From: the human T2T-CHM13v2.0 reference genome, Homo sapiens
Strand: one strand, 5' to 3'
NCBI RefSeq assembly: GCF_009914755.1
Contig: NC_060925.1
DNA: 64,000 bases
In this document: positions 11,012 to 26,809 of the stretch, piece by piece
Layout: each line of letters opens with the position of its first letter
Numbering within the stretch: position 1 is the stretch's first letter
The notes under the pieces: model-generated
The model's database searches: none
Told to the model about the DNA's origin: nothing
The model's input: only the letters and a program-made list of their open reading frames with translations
Position numbers and translations under genes: made by a program

Positions 11012-13956
11012 CCTACAAGGCTCTTTGAGTTGTCCCTTATGTTATCCACCCTGAAGATAATTGCCATATTCCCATCCATTGGTGTCACATCTCTATGAAA
11101 TCAATTATGTTCTGCCTGGACTTCCTCCAAATTATAACATGTAGTTCATTGGGTGTCCTTCTTCTTAGTGTCTATGCCAACCCTGTGGTGGGGTTAATTC
11201 AAAGTCCTGAAATCTTCCATACACCCTGTCATACTACAGTTAGCCAAATATAGCTACTACAGACTATGCCCAGTAAAGTAGAATCCAGAAAATACATTTT
11301 TCCTGAAGGAGGCAGAATCCCTTAAGAATTAATAACAACTTTTTCATAATGTTCTAGCTAGAGTTGTACTTTATGATAGAATTAACTGCATTCTTTTCCT
11401 AAAACAAAAACAAAACAAAATAAAAAACACTGTCTCTAAATTCTCCACAAAATGTATGTATCTGAGATGCTACTATGCAATATGTATTTAAGACTGTCTT
11501 GGGCTAAAGATAAAAACTAATAACAGATGTCCAACACCAGGATTTTATATTCTGAAATTCTAACTCTAGATTTAGAAGCCAAAATACAGTTTACTTCAAA
11601 TACACTCTTCTAACAGAAAAACATATGAGAAAAGAGGAGCAGGCTCTCCTTTCTATAGTTAGAAAAGTAAACATCTCTGAAGTCTGGGTGCCTTAAGGGT
11701 GTTATTTTGCCCACCATTCTAGGCTGTGATATTTTTATCTTCAGAGGAAGAAAACTAAGTACAGTTTTGCTCTTTGTCAAACTTTAAATGTAATGTGATT
11801 TGATTATTTATAATCCATTCTAAGGGTCTGAAAAATTCCTTGAAAAACATCAGCATTCGGATAGCAGTTTTCTAGGTGTTGTTGAAAGCAATTCCCATCT
11901 CCAATTTCATGTTTATTTTCAATCCTGGCAAGTCAGTTCTAGCATAAATTTTTTAGGTCTGTGGAGCCATATAAATTTGCATGGCTAACTTGGTACAAGA
12001 CAGAGACTACTGATTAAATCAAGCTGAGAGCTCTGTAAATGCTTTTTTTAAAAGCAACTATAGAATTTCCTGATTGTAGCACTACAAAATAAACTTTGGA
12101 AACTTTGCACTAAAAAGGAAGCTACTTGGAGTGAGGTATAAGAAATCTAAAGTTATCAAATACATAACAAATCCCCTCTCCCTGCCTCCCCTATTTTTTT
12201 TAAACAGGATTCTTCTTTTCTGTTATGAATCAGTGTACTTAGGCTTTTAAAAAATCTGGCTCACATCAGATATGTTCCAAGAAGATTCTCAAATAAAGAC
12301 ATTAAAGCATGTAAAACAAAACAGTAGTAGTTCTATGGTGTTTAAAGGCTCCTGACCAATAAAGGTTGTCTACTGTCTTGTCTTTTCCTGAAATCTCCAG
12401 AGAATGAACTTGAGTTGAACTCAAATATCCACAGATAGAGAGCACAAGGATGAATCAATAATAGCCTCTTGAGCTTCTCTATCTTCAACAGTTAGTTTTA
12501 TTGAAGGCACAGAGAGCCCCAGGGTATCCTCTAATATTAATTAATAATAAGGGTTTTGATCCAATTGTGACATGTAGGGAGTGCAGGAGGGAAGGAGAGG
12601 AAGAAGTCAGAACTACACCTCGCTATCCAAAAGCATGAGTATACACATACATTGACTAATATTAACTGTGATTACAGGAAGTCTTTAAAAATAATTGTTG
12701 TGGTTAGTAAGTACTTATGCTAAAATCCTGAAATCAAAAATGGCTTAAAATACAAGGAAGAAAAAAAACATTTCGAATGCCAACAGTATAAGACCAAGGA
12801 ACAAGTGAATTTGTTAATATAACTATTTTTAAATAATCTTTGGTTCTAAAATATACCAAATTCCTAACAAAAACAATTCTCCTACTTCAAACTAATGGCC
12901 CTTATTGAAGAAAGAAGTGTGTTACAAATATCAATTAAATCTAATAAACATAACATTTCATTTTGGGAAAAAAGAATTTTCTGGGAAATAAGATTTAAGT
13001 GGAAATAAATTTTAACACAAATGTTAAATTTGAACATACCATTATGAGGCTAAATAATAAATAATTTTCTCTTTTTAAAAAATAATTACCTCTTGAATAA
13101 CCAAAGTAATATGCTATTCTAAAATGTGTCCATTTCAATTGCATTCATAAAATATTTATACTAAGAGAAGATAGCTCTTATTTGTAAGTCTATAAGTTCA
13201 TTAAAAGAAAAATACAGACACCACTAAGCTCATTCATGACAACTTAATTCCGTGCTTTGTGTTTACTCAGGGAAATAAGTGATCATTTGGTTAGCAGTAT
13301 GAGCACGTGATTTATAGTAACATCTTCCCAAATGTAAAATTAGTAATGTTACTAACTCATTGGACAATTTTAGACAAGACTTTTAGTCCATTTCTGTGCT
13401 ATATGTATATATAATATAAGTACTATTTTTGCAAACTATTCATATGAAACATGAAGCTTTACTGTGTAGCTGAGAATCCAATTCAGTAGTCCAAAGAAAC
13501 TGACCCTGATCAATAGGTAGAAAGACCTGAACTCAGATTTTGAAGTTTTTCATGGCTATTGCTTTCACTGTATTGACTGTTAGACTGTTTCATATAATAC
13601 ATAAAACAGAAAGTCAAGTCATTTACTAATTTCTGGGCTTAAATTCAGAATCTTAAAAAATCTAAGTATAAAATGTTAATAAAACTTTATAGATTTCTCT
13701 AAAAATATCTACTATTGTTCTATAAATTATATGTTGTAACTATTTAAAACTGAATCATACTCCATGCTCATAAGACTGACTATATCGCTCTACCTAAAAT
13801 GTAAGGAAACCAGCTCATTTAAAACCCAGAAATCAAAACATATCGTGTACCTAATAATTATATACACCTTCTATCACCCACAAAAATTAAAAAATAAAAA
13901 AATTAGAAAAAAACAGAAATATTAATTTAAAAAATTAAGGGTAATAGTTGTGATAA

Positions 13957-14361
<405 letters not shown>

Positions 14362-15484
14362 CAAACTTCTAAATAGCTCTCAAACCAGCAGAAAATTAAA
14401 ACAGTTTTTGACTTATGCAAAACCAAAAGTTTCTCAGATACTGGCACGTTCAGATTTCAGCATTTCCAGGTTTCTATCACATTCAAATGTATAGGTGTCA
14501 TCCATCTACTTCATAGTAGCCTGGAATCTTTTAGTTCTGTTCTGTATTTCACAATTGATAGTACACATAATTTAATAAATTACCAGGAGAACATGACCAT
14601 ATTCATCTTCTACACACCTACTTTTTTCGACATCAAAGAGAATGGAAAGATTATCAAAAGATCTTTTCCTTTTACTGTTATTAAAACAGTAATAAATGAC
14701 CATGATTCTCATGGAATTTTAACCATCTAAATTGAAGTACAAGAATCCTATGGTGCATAATACCTTTTGAAGATGATTTTATTTATAATAAACAGAAAGA
14801 ATAAGGGGGCCATTTATACATAGGATAACATATTCTGGGACAGTCTCTAAGGTCACCCTTGCCATAAGTTGACATGTGGCTATAACTGTATTTTATTCTA
14901 AGTATTCACATTTTCCTTATAAATATAGACAAATGATTTTACAGTAAAAATGAGAAAAAGTACATATAGCATACATAATATATTACGGTACTAGACAGAC
15001 TTTAAAATAAACATTAGTCAGAAAAAATGAATATTATGTGTTTTTCAAATACAATTTTTCTAAAGATCTAAATCTATTACAAATGCATATATTTTAAAAG
15101 CAATAAAACTTTGAAAATTTTGTAATAAGAAGAACAGTGCAATCAAACAAGAGCCCCATAATCATTTCATTCACTATTTTTCAGCTGTCTTCTTAAACTC
15201 CTTTTTTAAATTCAATAGACTCCTGTTGGATAATTTCATAATTCCCTATGGATTACAAAACCAGAAGTTGTCTATAAAGGTCTCTGAATAATTTTATAAT
15301 TCATTATAGTAGGAATAGAAATTACCTGTACATTGCCAAAGCCAAAATCAAGTTGATGTCTACATGAGATCAGCAATATTATCAAATGAAATAATTGGTG
15401 GTTATCTAAGTGATATATAACAAGGGTTTTGAGAAAATACTCAATTTGCTCATCAATGTCTAAAATTCCACCAATGCAGATTAG

Positions 15485-15825
<341 letters not shown>

Positions 15826-17360
15826 TTCAGACTGTACCTACTTAGTAAAGGGTAAGGTAGCATTTTAAGCATTGGAAGTAATTCGTGTATTATGGCAGAT
15901 GATTTTATTGGTCCTTTTATTAATAGCATACATTGATAGGAGAAGGGTGAAAATTTGAAGATACAGAATGGAGTAAATAAGACTAAAGAAAACAAACCAC
16001 CTATTGTTAATTTTTAGAATTTTAGATTAGAAATTGGATACCCAATAAATAGAAAGGTATTTTCTGTTGGGATATGTGTATGAGAGCTAAAACATAAAAA
16101 AAAAAATTAACACACCAATGTATTCAAGTGTAACAGAGTATAGTTAAATGAGATGGCATACAAAATACTTATCACAGTGTTGAGAACTTAAAAAGGGTGA
16201 TAATAGCAACGGTGATGGCAGTTTCTACTGTTATAACCATTATAAGATTAGCTTCTACGTTCAATGTAAATGCAGGGAAACAAAATGTTTGGCTTATTTT
16301 GTATTTCTTGACAGTTTGGTAAGTTTATCTTAATACACTAAAATCTTTAAACTTTAAAATAACTGTATCTCATTTTGGCCAGACGTCATGAAGAAACAAT
16401 TCATGCCTCTTCTAAGCACTGTGAGTAGAAGACAGAGCAGAAATATCTAGGCAGTAAGGAAAAGGATTCTGGATTTAGATTCAGTGGAGCTTTGCTCAAT
16501 TACTGATTTTACCACTTTTAACTATCTGATCTGAGCAAGTCTTTTAACATCTCTAAGCTTTATTTTACTCACCTATATTATGGTGACATTAACACTTACT
16601 CTATTTTCCCTTCAAAGAATATTGCAAAGCTTGAAGGATAAATGTTACAAAATGATTTGAGTATTCTGGTGAGAGCTGCAGTCCTTTAGTATTATCATTA
16701 AGATTTTATTCAGGTACACAAAATTTTAGAAAAGTTGTAATGAAAATCTCACTTTTTATCTTCACAGACTATACTAGCTTAACAAGAAGAACCTCAGGAT
16801 GCCTCTCTGGACCACATTTTTCTCATTTGTTAAGCAATGGGGTACTGGATGATGTCACAATTTCCTCCCATCTCTGAAATTATTATATTACCTAGTAAAA
16901 TTCACTTTCCTGGATTTTTTTTAACCTGAAAATATGAGAAGCTGTTGCAAACTAATCTCTGAATTAACAGCTGAAGCACGCATTTTAAAAACCTCCAGAA
17001 CATGAGATTGAACCTCTACAACATCTGGTCATGTAGAGTAGGTTAAGAGTACTACCATTTGTGTTTTAAGTTCTTCACGTATTTTCTGTGACATTTTAGC
17101 TCCTTGCCGTAGAGATAAGGGTTTTCCCACTGGTATAGTGAAAGGGTTAGAAGTGTTCAAAGTTCAGTTATTTTTTAATCTAAATTTTCCTTTATATCCT
17201 CAGGTATTATTTGATACACTATTCAAGAGGCAAAAATTAAAATGGAATGATTATAAACAACAACAAAAAGCAAAAAGTATCTTCATATTTTAATAAGTAA
17301 GAACACATAACCAGGTTATATTGCTGTAAAATAAACCTCAAAAAACACAAATTAAGATAC

Positions 17361-17405
17361 CTGTCTCCCCTTAAAACCCTTCTTTCCACGGATCCCAGGA
17401 ATGCC
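17361..17405 (-). CDS. COL24A1: Collagen exon, 45 bp, GIPGIRGKKGFKGRQ
   Basis: Acceptor ttttctatattctag|GGC, donor CAG|gtatct; 5 triplets. Confidence 0.95.
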
Positions 17406-17559
17406 CTAGAATATAGAAAAGAAAAAGGAAATATTTGTTGAATGAATGAATTAGGTACTATAGATCTTTTTCTCCCAATATAAAGCAATAAAGTATGAAA
17501 AAGACAAAAACAAATTGTTCTATAAACTGATGTGATATTCAGAAAAGCCTCAATATATT

Positions 17560-18380
17560 AATTTAACTGAGGCAGCCCCTTTCCTTCTTCAAAACAAAAT
17601 TCTGCTTTTATTCAGGAATCTATCCCATCTATACTTCCAAATGGGATCTTGACATTTCCCTGGTGATAGCTATTTGTCCAGAGACAAGCATATTACCAAA
17701 GTTGGCACAACTAGATGAACACGAAGGTCTTATTTTCCACATCTAAGGGACAACGCCCTCCTCTCTGCCTTCCCCTCTCTATCTGGATATAAACAAGGAC
17801 ACATTTAACCTGTGCACTGGCAATCTTGCAATCATATAGGAAATAAGCCTTAGGGTAAAGACAACATTAGAAAAGGTAAAGCAGAGAGATGAATCTACAG
17901 CCCACCTAACCTATGGATTTCTGGTCATGTAAGAAGCAGTAGGGTACAGTACTTAAGTACCCAGGCTTTGGAGCCAGACAAAACCTTGTCCAAATCCTGG
18001 GTCTGCTCTTACTTCCTGTATATAGTCTAAGACAAAATACTTCCTCTGTGTGTGCCTCATTTTCTTCATCTATGATGAGAAGAATAACAATACCTATCAT
18101 TCAATAAATGGTTTTATTTATAAAGAAGTTAATTCATGTATATATACACACATATATATGTTTATTAAAATCTTCATGTATATATACATATATAAATAAA
18201 GAAGTTAATTCATGTATGTAAAACCATTTATTAAAATTTTTTATATATATGTACATATATAAAACCATTCAGTAAATCATTTGCTATTTTCATCATCATC
18301 ATTAAAAATATCTTTATATTTAAGCCAGTTTGAATTGTGGTTTTCTGTTACTTGCAGATTAAAGCATCTTACTTGATACT
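17560..18380 (+). mobile_element. Old MLT1-type LTR remnant interrupted by a MIR (about 17935-18100, +) and an AT-rich rearranged patch
   Basis: LTR 3' signature tttaagccagtttgaattg..ttttctgttacttgcag; MIR core caggctttggagccagac...ctgtgtgtgcctcattttcttcatct. Confidence 0.6.
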
Positions 18381-18975
18381 ATCACTTTGAGATTTGCAGA
18401 CTAAGCAGTCTGTCACAACCATGTAGCTTGAGATTAATAGTACATACAGGTAAGTTAGAAGACATCACTGGCTGAAACAATCCATTCACTTTCAAGTCAA
18501 CAGTGTTTAAAAAATACTCATGTATCTGATCATCAAAAAAGAGTTCATAGGTGAGCAAGAGGACTCATTTCATTAAGACTTTATGTATATTTACATAATA
18601 CAAACAATCTTTTTTAAAAAAATAGAATAATTATTTCCTAAATTTTCAGTAGCCTCCCTAAATCTCATCAAGAAGCCAAATAATGCAGACAGAATTATAT
18701 AAGCATTTTTCATATATATACATGTATATATGTGTACATGTTTCATATGTGTACATATGTGTATACACACAATATGCATGTAATGTACAATATTGACTCC
18801 CAGAAATGACTTCTTTCCATTTGTTTTCAGCAATAGTTAGCATTACTCTATCTTATTTTCTTCTGCTTTTTTGTACTTAAACATTTTATAACGTAACACC
18901 CTTTTAGCTACATCATTCACAGTTTTAATGAAAATTTTGACATAGCCAAATAATATTAGGACACAGTACCCGTGA

Positions 18976-19325
<350 letters not shown>

Positions 19326-20659
19326 AGGTCTTGATATTTTCATATAGACTGCTAAAAATTAGTGAGTGTGATTACAGCAATGTGCCTATTGATGGCCAGT
19401 GTCAACACTGGGCTTAAGATCATTAAATCCAAGATGACAACATTTTACAAGGACATATAATTTTGGTTTATTAAATAATTTACAAGAAATAAGCTCATGT
19501 CAAAGGATCAGAAAAGGATTGTTATCACGAACAGCAGAGTAATTAACAACGTAAACTGGAACCATTGGGTCAAGAAGTAGCAGATCAATTCTCTGCGTGA
19601 TCAGTGAGATACATCCTCCGTTAGTTTGCTGTAGTACATGAAGGTTAGGTGGCTTAGTTGTGGAATTATGCTTAAGATGTTTTTTGCTATTGAACAAAAC
19701 AACTTGCTATGTTCACCAGGGGAAAATCTTTACCTCATCTCACCAAAGATGGCTAGACATTTTGATTGTCATTACAGCATATTTAAACTCTTTGATTATT
19801 TCTTCTCTGCAGGGGCATTCACAAGTAATTACAAGAAAATATAATTTAACTCACTCACTGAAAACTATTTATTTGAAAAATTCATTTAGCAATGAATCTG
19901 GTTCACTTTCATTTGCAAAAATCACTTGCCAGAAATGAAAATTTTGGCCTGAACTACATTCTTATAATGATAGGGGTGAAGGCTGAATGACTCTCTAATT
20001 TCAAATTCTATGACAATCTACTAATATTGTTCAATTCTACTGTTTTCAATTAATACTGGCAATGTAAATGAAGGAATACAAAGATAAATTACTGCATACA
20101 GATTGCATATAGCACTGAAAACTAGATATGATGAAGCTGCAATGCCATAACTCCCATAATTAACTTCATTAATCTTTTTAGTATAACAAACCATTTTGCA
20201 AAGGTTCTATCTTTACTTATAAGTACCCATATTTATTAACAGCTATCTCCCATTATTAAATTAAACAAAAATATATCTTCTGAGGCTAAATTCTTTACTG
20301 TATATTGCTCTCAAAATCAAGACCTGTCAAGAATTTATACTCTTGACATATACTTTTGTAATTCATTATAATGAATTACAAAATAAAAATTTCATAATTA
20401 GATATTTTAATATTTTGGTGTATTTTCAAAAATTTGAACTTAAAGTACAATTATATTTCTATCATGCTATATTACTTTCCTTTAACAAAATTCAGTAAGA
20501 TTTTCAAAAGTCAAATTACATTTCTGGCAGGTGATTTTTCTTCAACCTGGCTTGCTAACTCAGTAAGATTACTTCCCTGACATCTGATTTTATGACCCCC
20601 ATTGTACATTATCACAAGTATATCACTTTAGAAATACTATTTGAAGGGAATGGACTTAC

Positions 20660-20713
20660 CCGTTCTCCTTCAGGTCCCAGTTGTCCCGCTTCTCCAGGAG
20701 AGCCAATAAAACC
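20660..20713 (-). CDS. COL24A1: Collagen exon, 54 bp, GFIGSPGEAGQLGPEGER
   Basis: Acceptor tttcttgttttaag|GGT, donor CGG|gtaagt; 6 triplets. Confidence 0.96.
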
Positions 20714-21709
20714 CTTAAAACAAGAAAATAGTCTGTATATTAGTTCATTTGAATATTCTCCCCATAAGTGATTCTGAATAGAAGTACTTAAAATTTTATT
20801 TGTAGTAGTACGAAATTACAAGACTTACAAGTGCGAATAACTTCCCCTCACCTAATTGCTTTTCTTCCAGAAGTTAAAGATCAATCTTCCCATTAAAAAT
20901 TATACAAAATATAATTTAAGAAATGGTGGCTATTAAAAATAAGCCCAAATAATTTCCTTCACTAAATTTTATAGCGGGCAGAAAATATATGTATATGATT
21001 AGCTAAAATTTAAGACAGAATGGAGGTATCAAAAGAATATAAGAATATAAGTATAAGAAGTACAGTGGAGGAAGAGATACATTTCAATGTGGCAGGAGGC
21101 AAAGGCAATCAAAGAAGGCTTCAAAGGAGATTACCACTTGAGATAGGTCTAGAGAATAGGTAAAATCTTGGTAAATAGAGACATAATAGGAAGTCTTTGT
21201 TAATGGTAACAATTGGGGAGTGTTTGTAAATAGTAATTGATCACATTTTATACATAATATACTTTGTGTGTAAGATGGTTTTATATGTTAGCTTTATGTG
21301 TAAGACCCACCCTGCCTTAATAAAGATTCCAATCTGATCTGAGAAACAAGGGATACATATAAATAACAATGCAAGGCACTTTATTCTAATGTAACTTAGT
21401 TATATCTCACTTGTGGGAAATAACCCATTTCATCAATTTTACAGATAAAGTGTATGGTAGTTTAGGGGCTAGATTAAGGAGAGTCTTAAATTTCAGAATA
21501 AAAATTTTAGACTGTATATATTAGACAAATGGAAGCTACTGATTTTAGGGAGTATGGTAATGCACTGATGTTATGCTGTATTTCTAAAAGATTAATCTGT
21601 TGATAGGATACAGCATACAGCCATGACAGGAAACACTGAATATAGGCCAACCTGTTAGAAGGCTCTTTAAGTGGTCTAAATTTGAAGGTTTATGGGTCCA
21701 GATCACTGG

Positions 21710-22700
21710 TTCAACAAACATTATTTTAGTAGCCATTTTGTGTCTATAAAGATTTGGGGTTTATAAAGATGCATATGAAAATCAATGCCCTCAAAAAGTA
21801 CATAGTTTATTGGGAAAGAGGGTCATACAAATAAATAACTGTAACATCATTTGATAATTGTTACATGATTATGTAATAGGTGATATGACAAATAGACAAT
21901 GGGAACTTTGGAAGCAGAATGACCAACTTTGCCTAGAGAGAAGATTAATGGTGCTTTGCTTTACTGAGGAAGCAACATTTGAGCTAAGTCCTGAAGAAAA
22001 GAAAAGGCAGGGCTAACAATGTGCCATCAGTCAATCAATCAGAATGAAATGACACAGCATTTGCAAAGAATTGCAAATAGTCTGTGTGATTGGTGGGCAA
22101 GAGGTGAGTTTGGAAAGGGTGGCAAGGGGTCATGTCATGAAGAGTCTTTTTTGTTATGATGGAAAGTCTGCAATTTACACTGTGAGTCATTAAAAAAACT
22201 TAAGACACAGTTTTCATATAATCATATTTTCACTTTATAAATTCACTTGGATTACAGTGGGTCACATAGGTCTCTATCTGTCTATAAGAATCAAGAGAAA
22301 GATGACTCTAAAGTTTACAGCTGGACTGATAGACAAATGTTAACCACTGATAGAAATATGGAAAACAAATAAAAAACCTGAGTTTGATATAAAGAGGATG
22401 AGTTTTGTTAGTTATTTTGAATTTGTGATTATAATGAGATATTCAAATGTAATTATCATGGCAGGGAGTTGGGAGATGTGGGGTTCATAGAAAAAGCTCA
22501 TAGAGAAAAAAAGTCTGAAGGACAGATATGTCTGAAGTCTTAAAGACAGACTAAAGCTTTGAGGAGAAAATATTAGGAAAAATTATCACTGATCAGACAG
22601 AGGGTGAAATAGGGGTGTGAGAGAAGAGTAGTTTTATGGATGCAGAGAAAAGCCAAAGTTTAAAAGAAATTGAAGTAGAGATACAGTAGGTCAATTTTAC
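21710..22700 (-). mobile_element. Degenerate L2 remnants
   Basis: Reverse L2 3' end ttcaacaaacatt..., then purine-rich L2-like motifs (gaggaagcaacatttgagctaagtcctgaag); boundaries approximate. Confidence 0.5.
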
Positions 22701-22819
22701 TAAGTTCTAAATAAAGGTTTCTTATTTTGAATCACAGAATGGGTGATTTTTCAGAGTAAATACTTCCATAATAACAAATACTGAAGAATTCAAGCATTAA
22801 AAAAGTAATTGTTATTTCT

Positions 22820-23305
22820 ATACCCATTCCAGCATTATTCACAATTATCAAAAGATAGAAGCAACGTAAATGTTCATTAACAGATGAATGAATAAACAAA
22901 ATGTTGTATATACATGAAATGGAATATTATTCAGCCTTAAAAATGAAGGATGCTGATAACTGCCACAACATAGATGGACCTTAAAGACAATTACGCTAAG
23001 TGCAGTAAGCCAGTCACAAAAGGACAGATAGTGTATGATTCCACTTGCATGATGTACTTATAGTAGTCAAATTCATACAGACAGAAAGTAGAATGGTGGT
23101 TGCCAGGGACTGGGAGTGGAGAACGGGGAATTGTTTATTGGGTACAGAGTTTCAGTTTGGGAAGATGAAAAAAGTTTTTAAGATGGATGGTGGCAATGGT
23201 TGTACAACAATTGGATGTACTTAAGGCCACTGACCACATACTTTAAGAGGGTTTATACATGGAAAAAATTTTATGTTATATATATTTTATGTTCTTTATT
23301 TTAAA
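22820..23305 (+). mobile_element. L1MB-family 3' fragment
   Basis: cagcattattcacaat...cagatgaatgaataaacaaaatg...agccagtcacaaaaggaca...gggtacagagtttcagtttgggaagatgaaaaa. Confidence 0.85.
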
Positions 23306-24517
23306 AAGAAAGAGATAAATGTCTCAAGAATCATATCTAAGTTGCCTGGAATAAAACTTTTGGAAGGTTTTATTTCCTTAGAATTTAGTTAAGTATTGCC
23401 ATTAAAAAAGTTGCCACCATCCATCTTGAAAACTTTTTTAGGTGTTTTTCCTTGTCAAAGGTGCCTGAAATTGCCTTATGTTCCACAGATTGTATGAACA
23501 AGCAAAAATTAAAAGAAAAGAGGGAGAGAGAGAATTTGTTCCTTTATACATAACTTTAATAAAGTGAAACATCTATGATTTTCTTACTTGAAAGCCAAGC
23601 AGTTGGAGAATGGGAAATGTTTCTTTTAAAGTGAATCATACAAAAGTATTTCTGATACTAGAGCATTTAGGATTATGATGACAAGCTGTGTACATTTTCA
23701 GAATCATCTGTTGATGACTTCAAGTGTAAAGTCAGCTAACATTTGTTTTAATATATACAACAGGAGTTTTGGTTATAAATAAAAAGAAAAGACACTCTAA
23801 CTGGTATATACTTATCAGTGAACTAAATAATCAATTGATAACTCAAGAACTGAAGTCAGAACTCCAACATAGCCTGTACAGAGTGTAAAGGGAACATTTT
23901 ACAATTAGATATTTTAAATAGAATAATGTTATAAGTAATTGCTTAGGTGTTTCATAGAGGTTTCTTGATCATCATTACACTGATTCTAACAGAAATAAGA
24001 TGTCAGCAGTACCAAAGAAACCACAGAGTTGAGGTCATTCTCAAAATACCACCATGAAACTAGAGTTTACCGTGTAATGAAACAAAGAACATTAAAAATA
24101 ATAACACATGTTTTTGCTTTTTGGTTTGAAGGTTGTAGATCCAGTTAGAAGCAATTTTGTGTCACCAGCAGGACCACCAGAAGGTCGGAAGAGGTTCTAT
24201 ATACTTTTACTTTTGGGGGCAGCTAGCACATTATTACATAAGGAAATGCCAAAGAAGGGTTTAAAAATTATGATGTGTTTTAAACATTTACATTTGACAA
24301 AATATTTCTGCTAATACCAAAAAATACCAACAAATAACTGCCAATGAAAAGCTAATTTATCATGATTCATGAAAATATTCATGTACAATGCATAACATTT
24401 AGAATTTACCAGTAACAGGACACAAATTAAGTGAAAAACATGTATCCTATGAGTGTGTTTCTATGATTTTTGCCTTTTTAACTAGATTTTAAGTTAATGC
24501 TAAAAATCTATACTTGA

Positions 24518-25837
24518 TAAAGCTGCACCCTACTACCCACTGATCTTCGACAAAGTCGGCAAAAATAAATAATCGGGAAAGAATACCCTGTTCAATAAAT
24601 GGTGCTGGAAAACTTGCTAACCATATGCAGAAGAATGAAATTGGACTCCTACCTCTGACTGAGTTAATATATAAAAATTAACTCAAGATGAATTAAAGAC
24701 TTAGTATGTAAGACCTCAAACTATAATCCTAGAAGAAAACCTAGGAAATACCCTTCTGGACACCGGCCTAGGCAAAGAATTTGTGACTAAATCTTCAAAA
24801 GCAACAAATGTAACAAAAAATTTGGCAATTGTAACCTAATTAAACTAAAGGTCTTCTGCAGAGTAAAAGAAACCATCAACAGAGTAAATAGACAACTTAC
24901 AGAACAGGAGAAAATATCTTCAAACTATGCATCTGACAAAGGACTAATATCCAGAATCTACAAGGAACTTAAACAAATCAATAAGAAAAAAACAAATAAC
25001 TTTATTAAAAAGTGGACAAAGGACATGAATAGACACTTCTCAAAAGAAGACATATAAGCGGCCCCAAAACATGAAAAAATGCTCAACGTAACTAATCAGA
25101 GAGATTCAAATCAAAACCACAAGGGGATACCATCTCACACCAGTCAGAAGAGCTATTATTAAAAAGTCAGAAAATAACAGATGTTGATGAGGTTTCAGGA
25201 AAAAGGGAACACTTATACACTGCTGGTGGTAATGCAAATTAGTTCAGCCCCTGTGGAAAGAAGTTTGGAAATTTCTCAAAGAACTAAAAATAGAATTACC
25301 ATTTGACCCAGCAATCTCATTACTGGGTGTATACCCAAAGAAAAATAAATAATTCTACCAAAAACACATCTGCACTCATATGTTTATTGCAGTACTATTC
25401 ACCATAGAAAAGACATGGAATCAACCCAAGTGCTCATCAACAGTGGACTGCATGAAGAAAATGTGGTACATATAGACCATGGAATACTACAGTGCCATAA
25501 AAATGAACAAAATCCTATCCTTTGCAGCAACATGGATGCAGATGGAGGCCATTATCCTAAGCAAATTAACACAGAAACAGACAACAAAATACTGCATGTT
25601 CTCACTTATAAATGGGAGCTGAACATTGGGTATACATGGACACAAAGACAGGAAAAATAAACACTATAGATTCCCTAAGGAGGGAGGGCCAGAAAAAGGC
25701 AAGGGTTGAAAAACTACCTATTGGGTACTATGTTCACTGCTTTGACAACAGGATCACTAAAAGCCCAAACCTCAGCATTACACAATATACCCATGTAACA
25801 AACCTGCACATATACCCCTAAATTTCAAATAATTTTT
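24518..25837 (+). mobile_element. 5'-truncated L1PB-like element (ORF2 3' part + 3'UTR)
   Basis: ORF2 C-terminal homology; 3'UTR agggttgaaaaactacctattgggtacta...cccaaacctcagcat; candidate TSD aaatctatacttga / aaatctacatttga. Confidence 0.9.
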
Positions 25838-26376
25838 AAATCTACATTTGAGACCCTTTATGAATGTGAAATTCCCTCCTTATTCCAATCACACTCCCAA
25901 GTGTGAAACCTAACTAAAGTGTGAAAACTTAACTAAAAGTACAACTTAAGAGGGTTACAGCCTAGAAAACAATTTTCAATACAAATGGGAAAAGGAAAAA
26001 ACAAAAGGATGTATAATACAATGCAAAAATGGTACATGGAAGAACACAGTTATATGGATCACTGAAGCAAGATGACAAAACGCAGTAAGAGTAAGTTGTA
26101 CAGTGCCAAATATATTTTGCATATATTCCTTGGAGTTACTAGTTATTGAACAGAAGACACTCTCAAATTCAAATAATAATTATAGAATCTATATAGTAAA
26201 TACATGCATACACTATGCCCTATACCTTAAGAATGCTCATCTTGTTTAATTTTTCACAACTACCTGAAAAGTAAGTTTCATCATGACCATTTAATAAATA
26301 ATGAGATAAGAAAAATGAAGCACAGAGAGACTGAATAACATCAAAAGTCACAAAGCTAGTAAAAGAAGTATTAAGG

Positions 26377-26673
<297 letters not shown>

Positions 26674-26809
26674 CTAACTCCACAGCCCATGTTCTTGACC
26701 ACTAATCTCTTCTGGCTTCCCAAATCCAAGTCAACATGTGTTTTCAGTGCAATTTCTAATAAAAAGTACATGACTTTTCCTCATTATGTGATTACTTAAT
26801 GCAAGAACA

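Noticed and set aside
13255-13310. FOX motif TGTTTAC plus E-box CACGTG
   Set aside because: Two short motifs are expected by chance in 64 kb; there is no CpG or other support.
24150-24195. GC-rich patch reading GGPAGDT on the minus strand / CTCF-like CCACCAGAAGGTC
   Set aside because: Only two Gly-X-Y triplets, no 45/54-bp GT-AG frame, the flanking exons already join seamlessly, and the CTCF core is mismatched.
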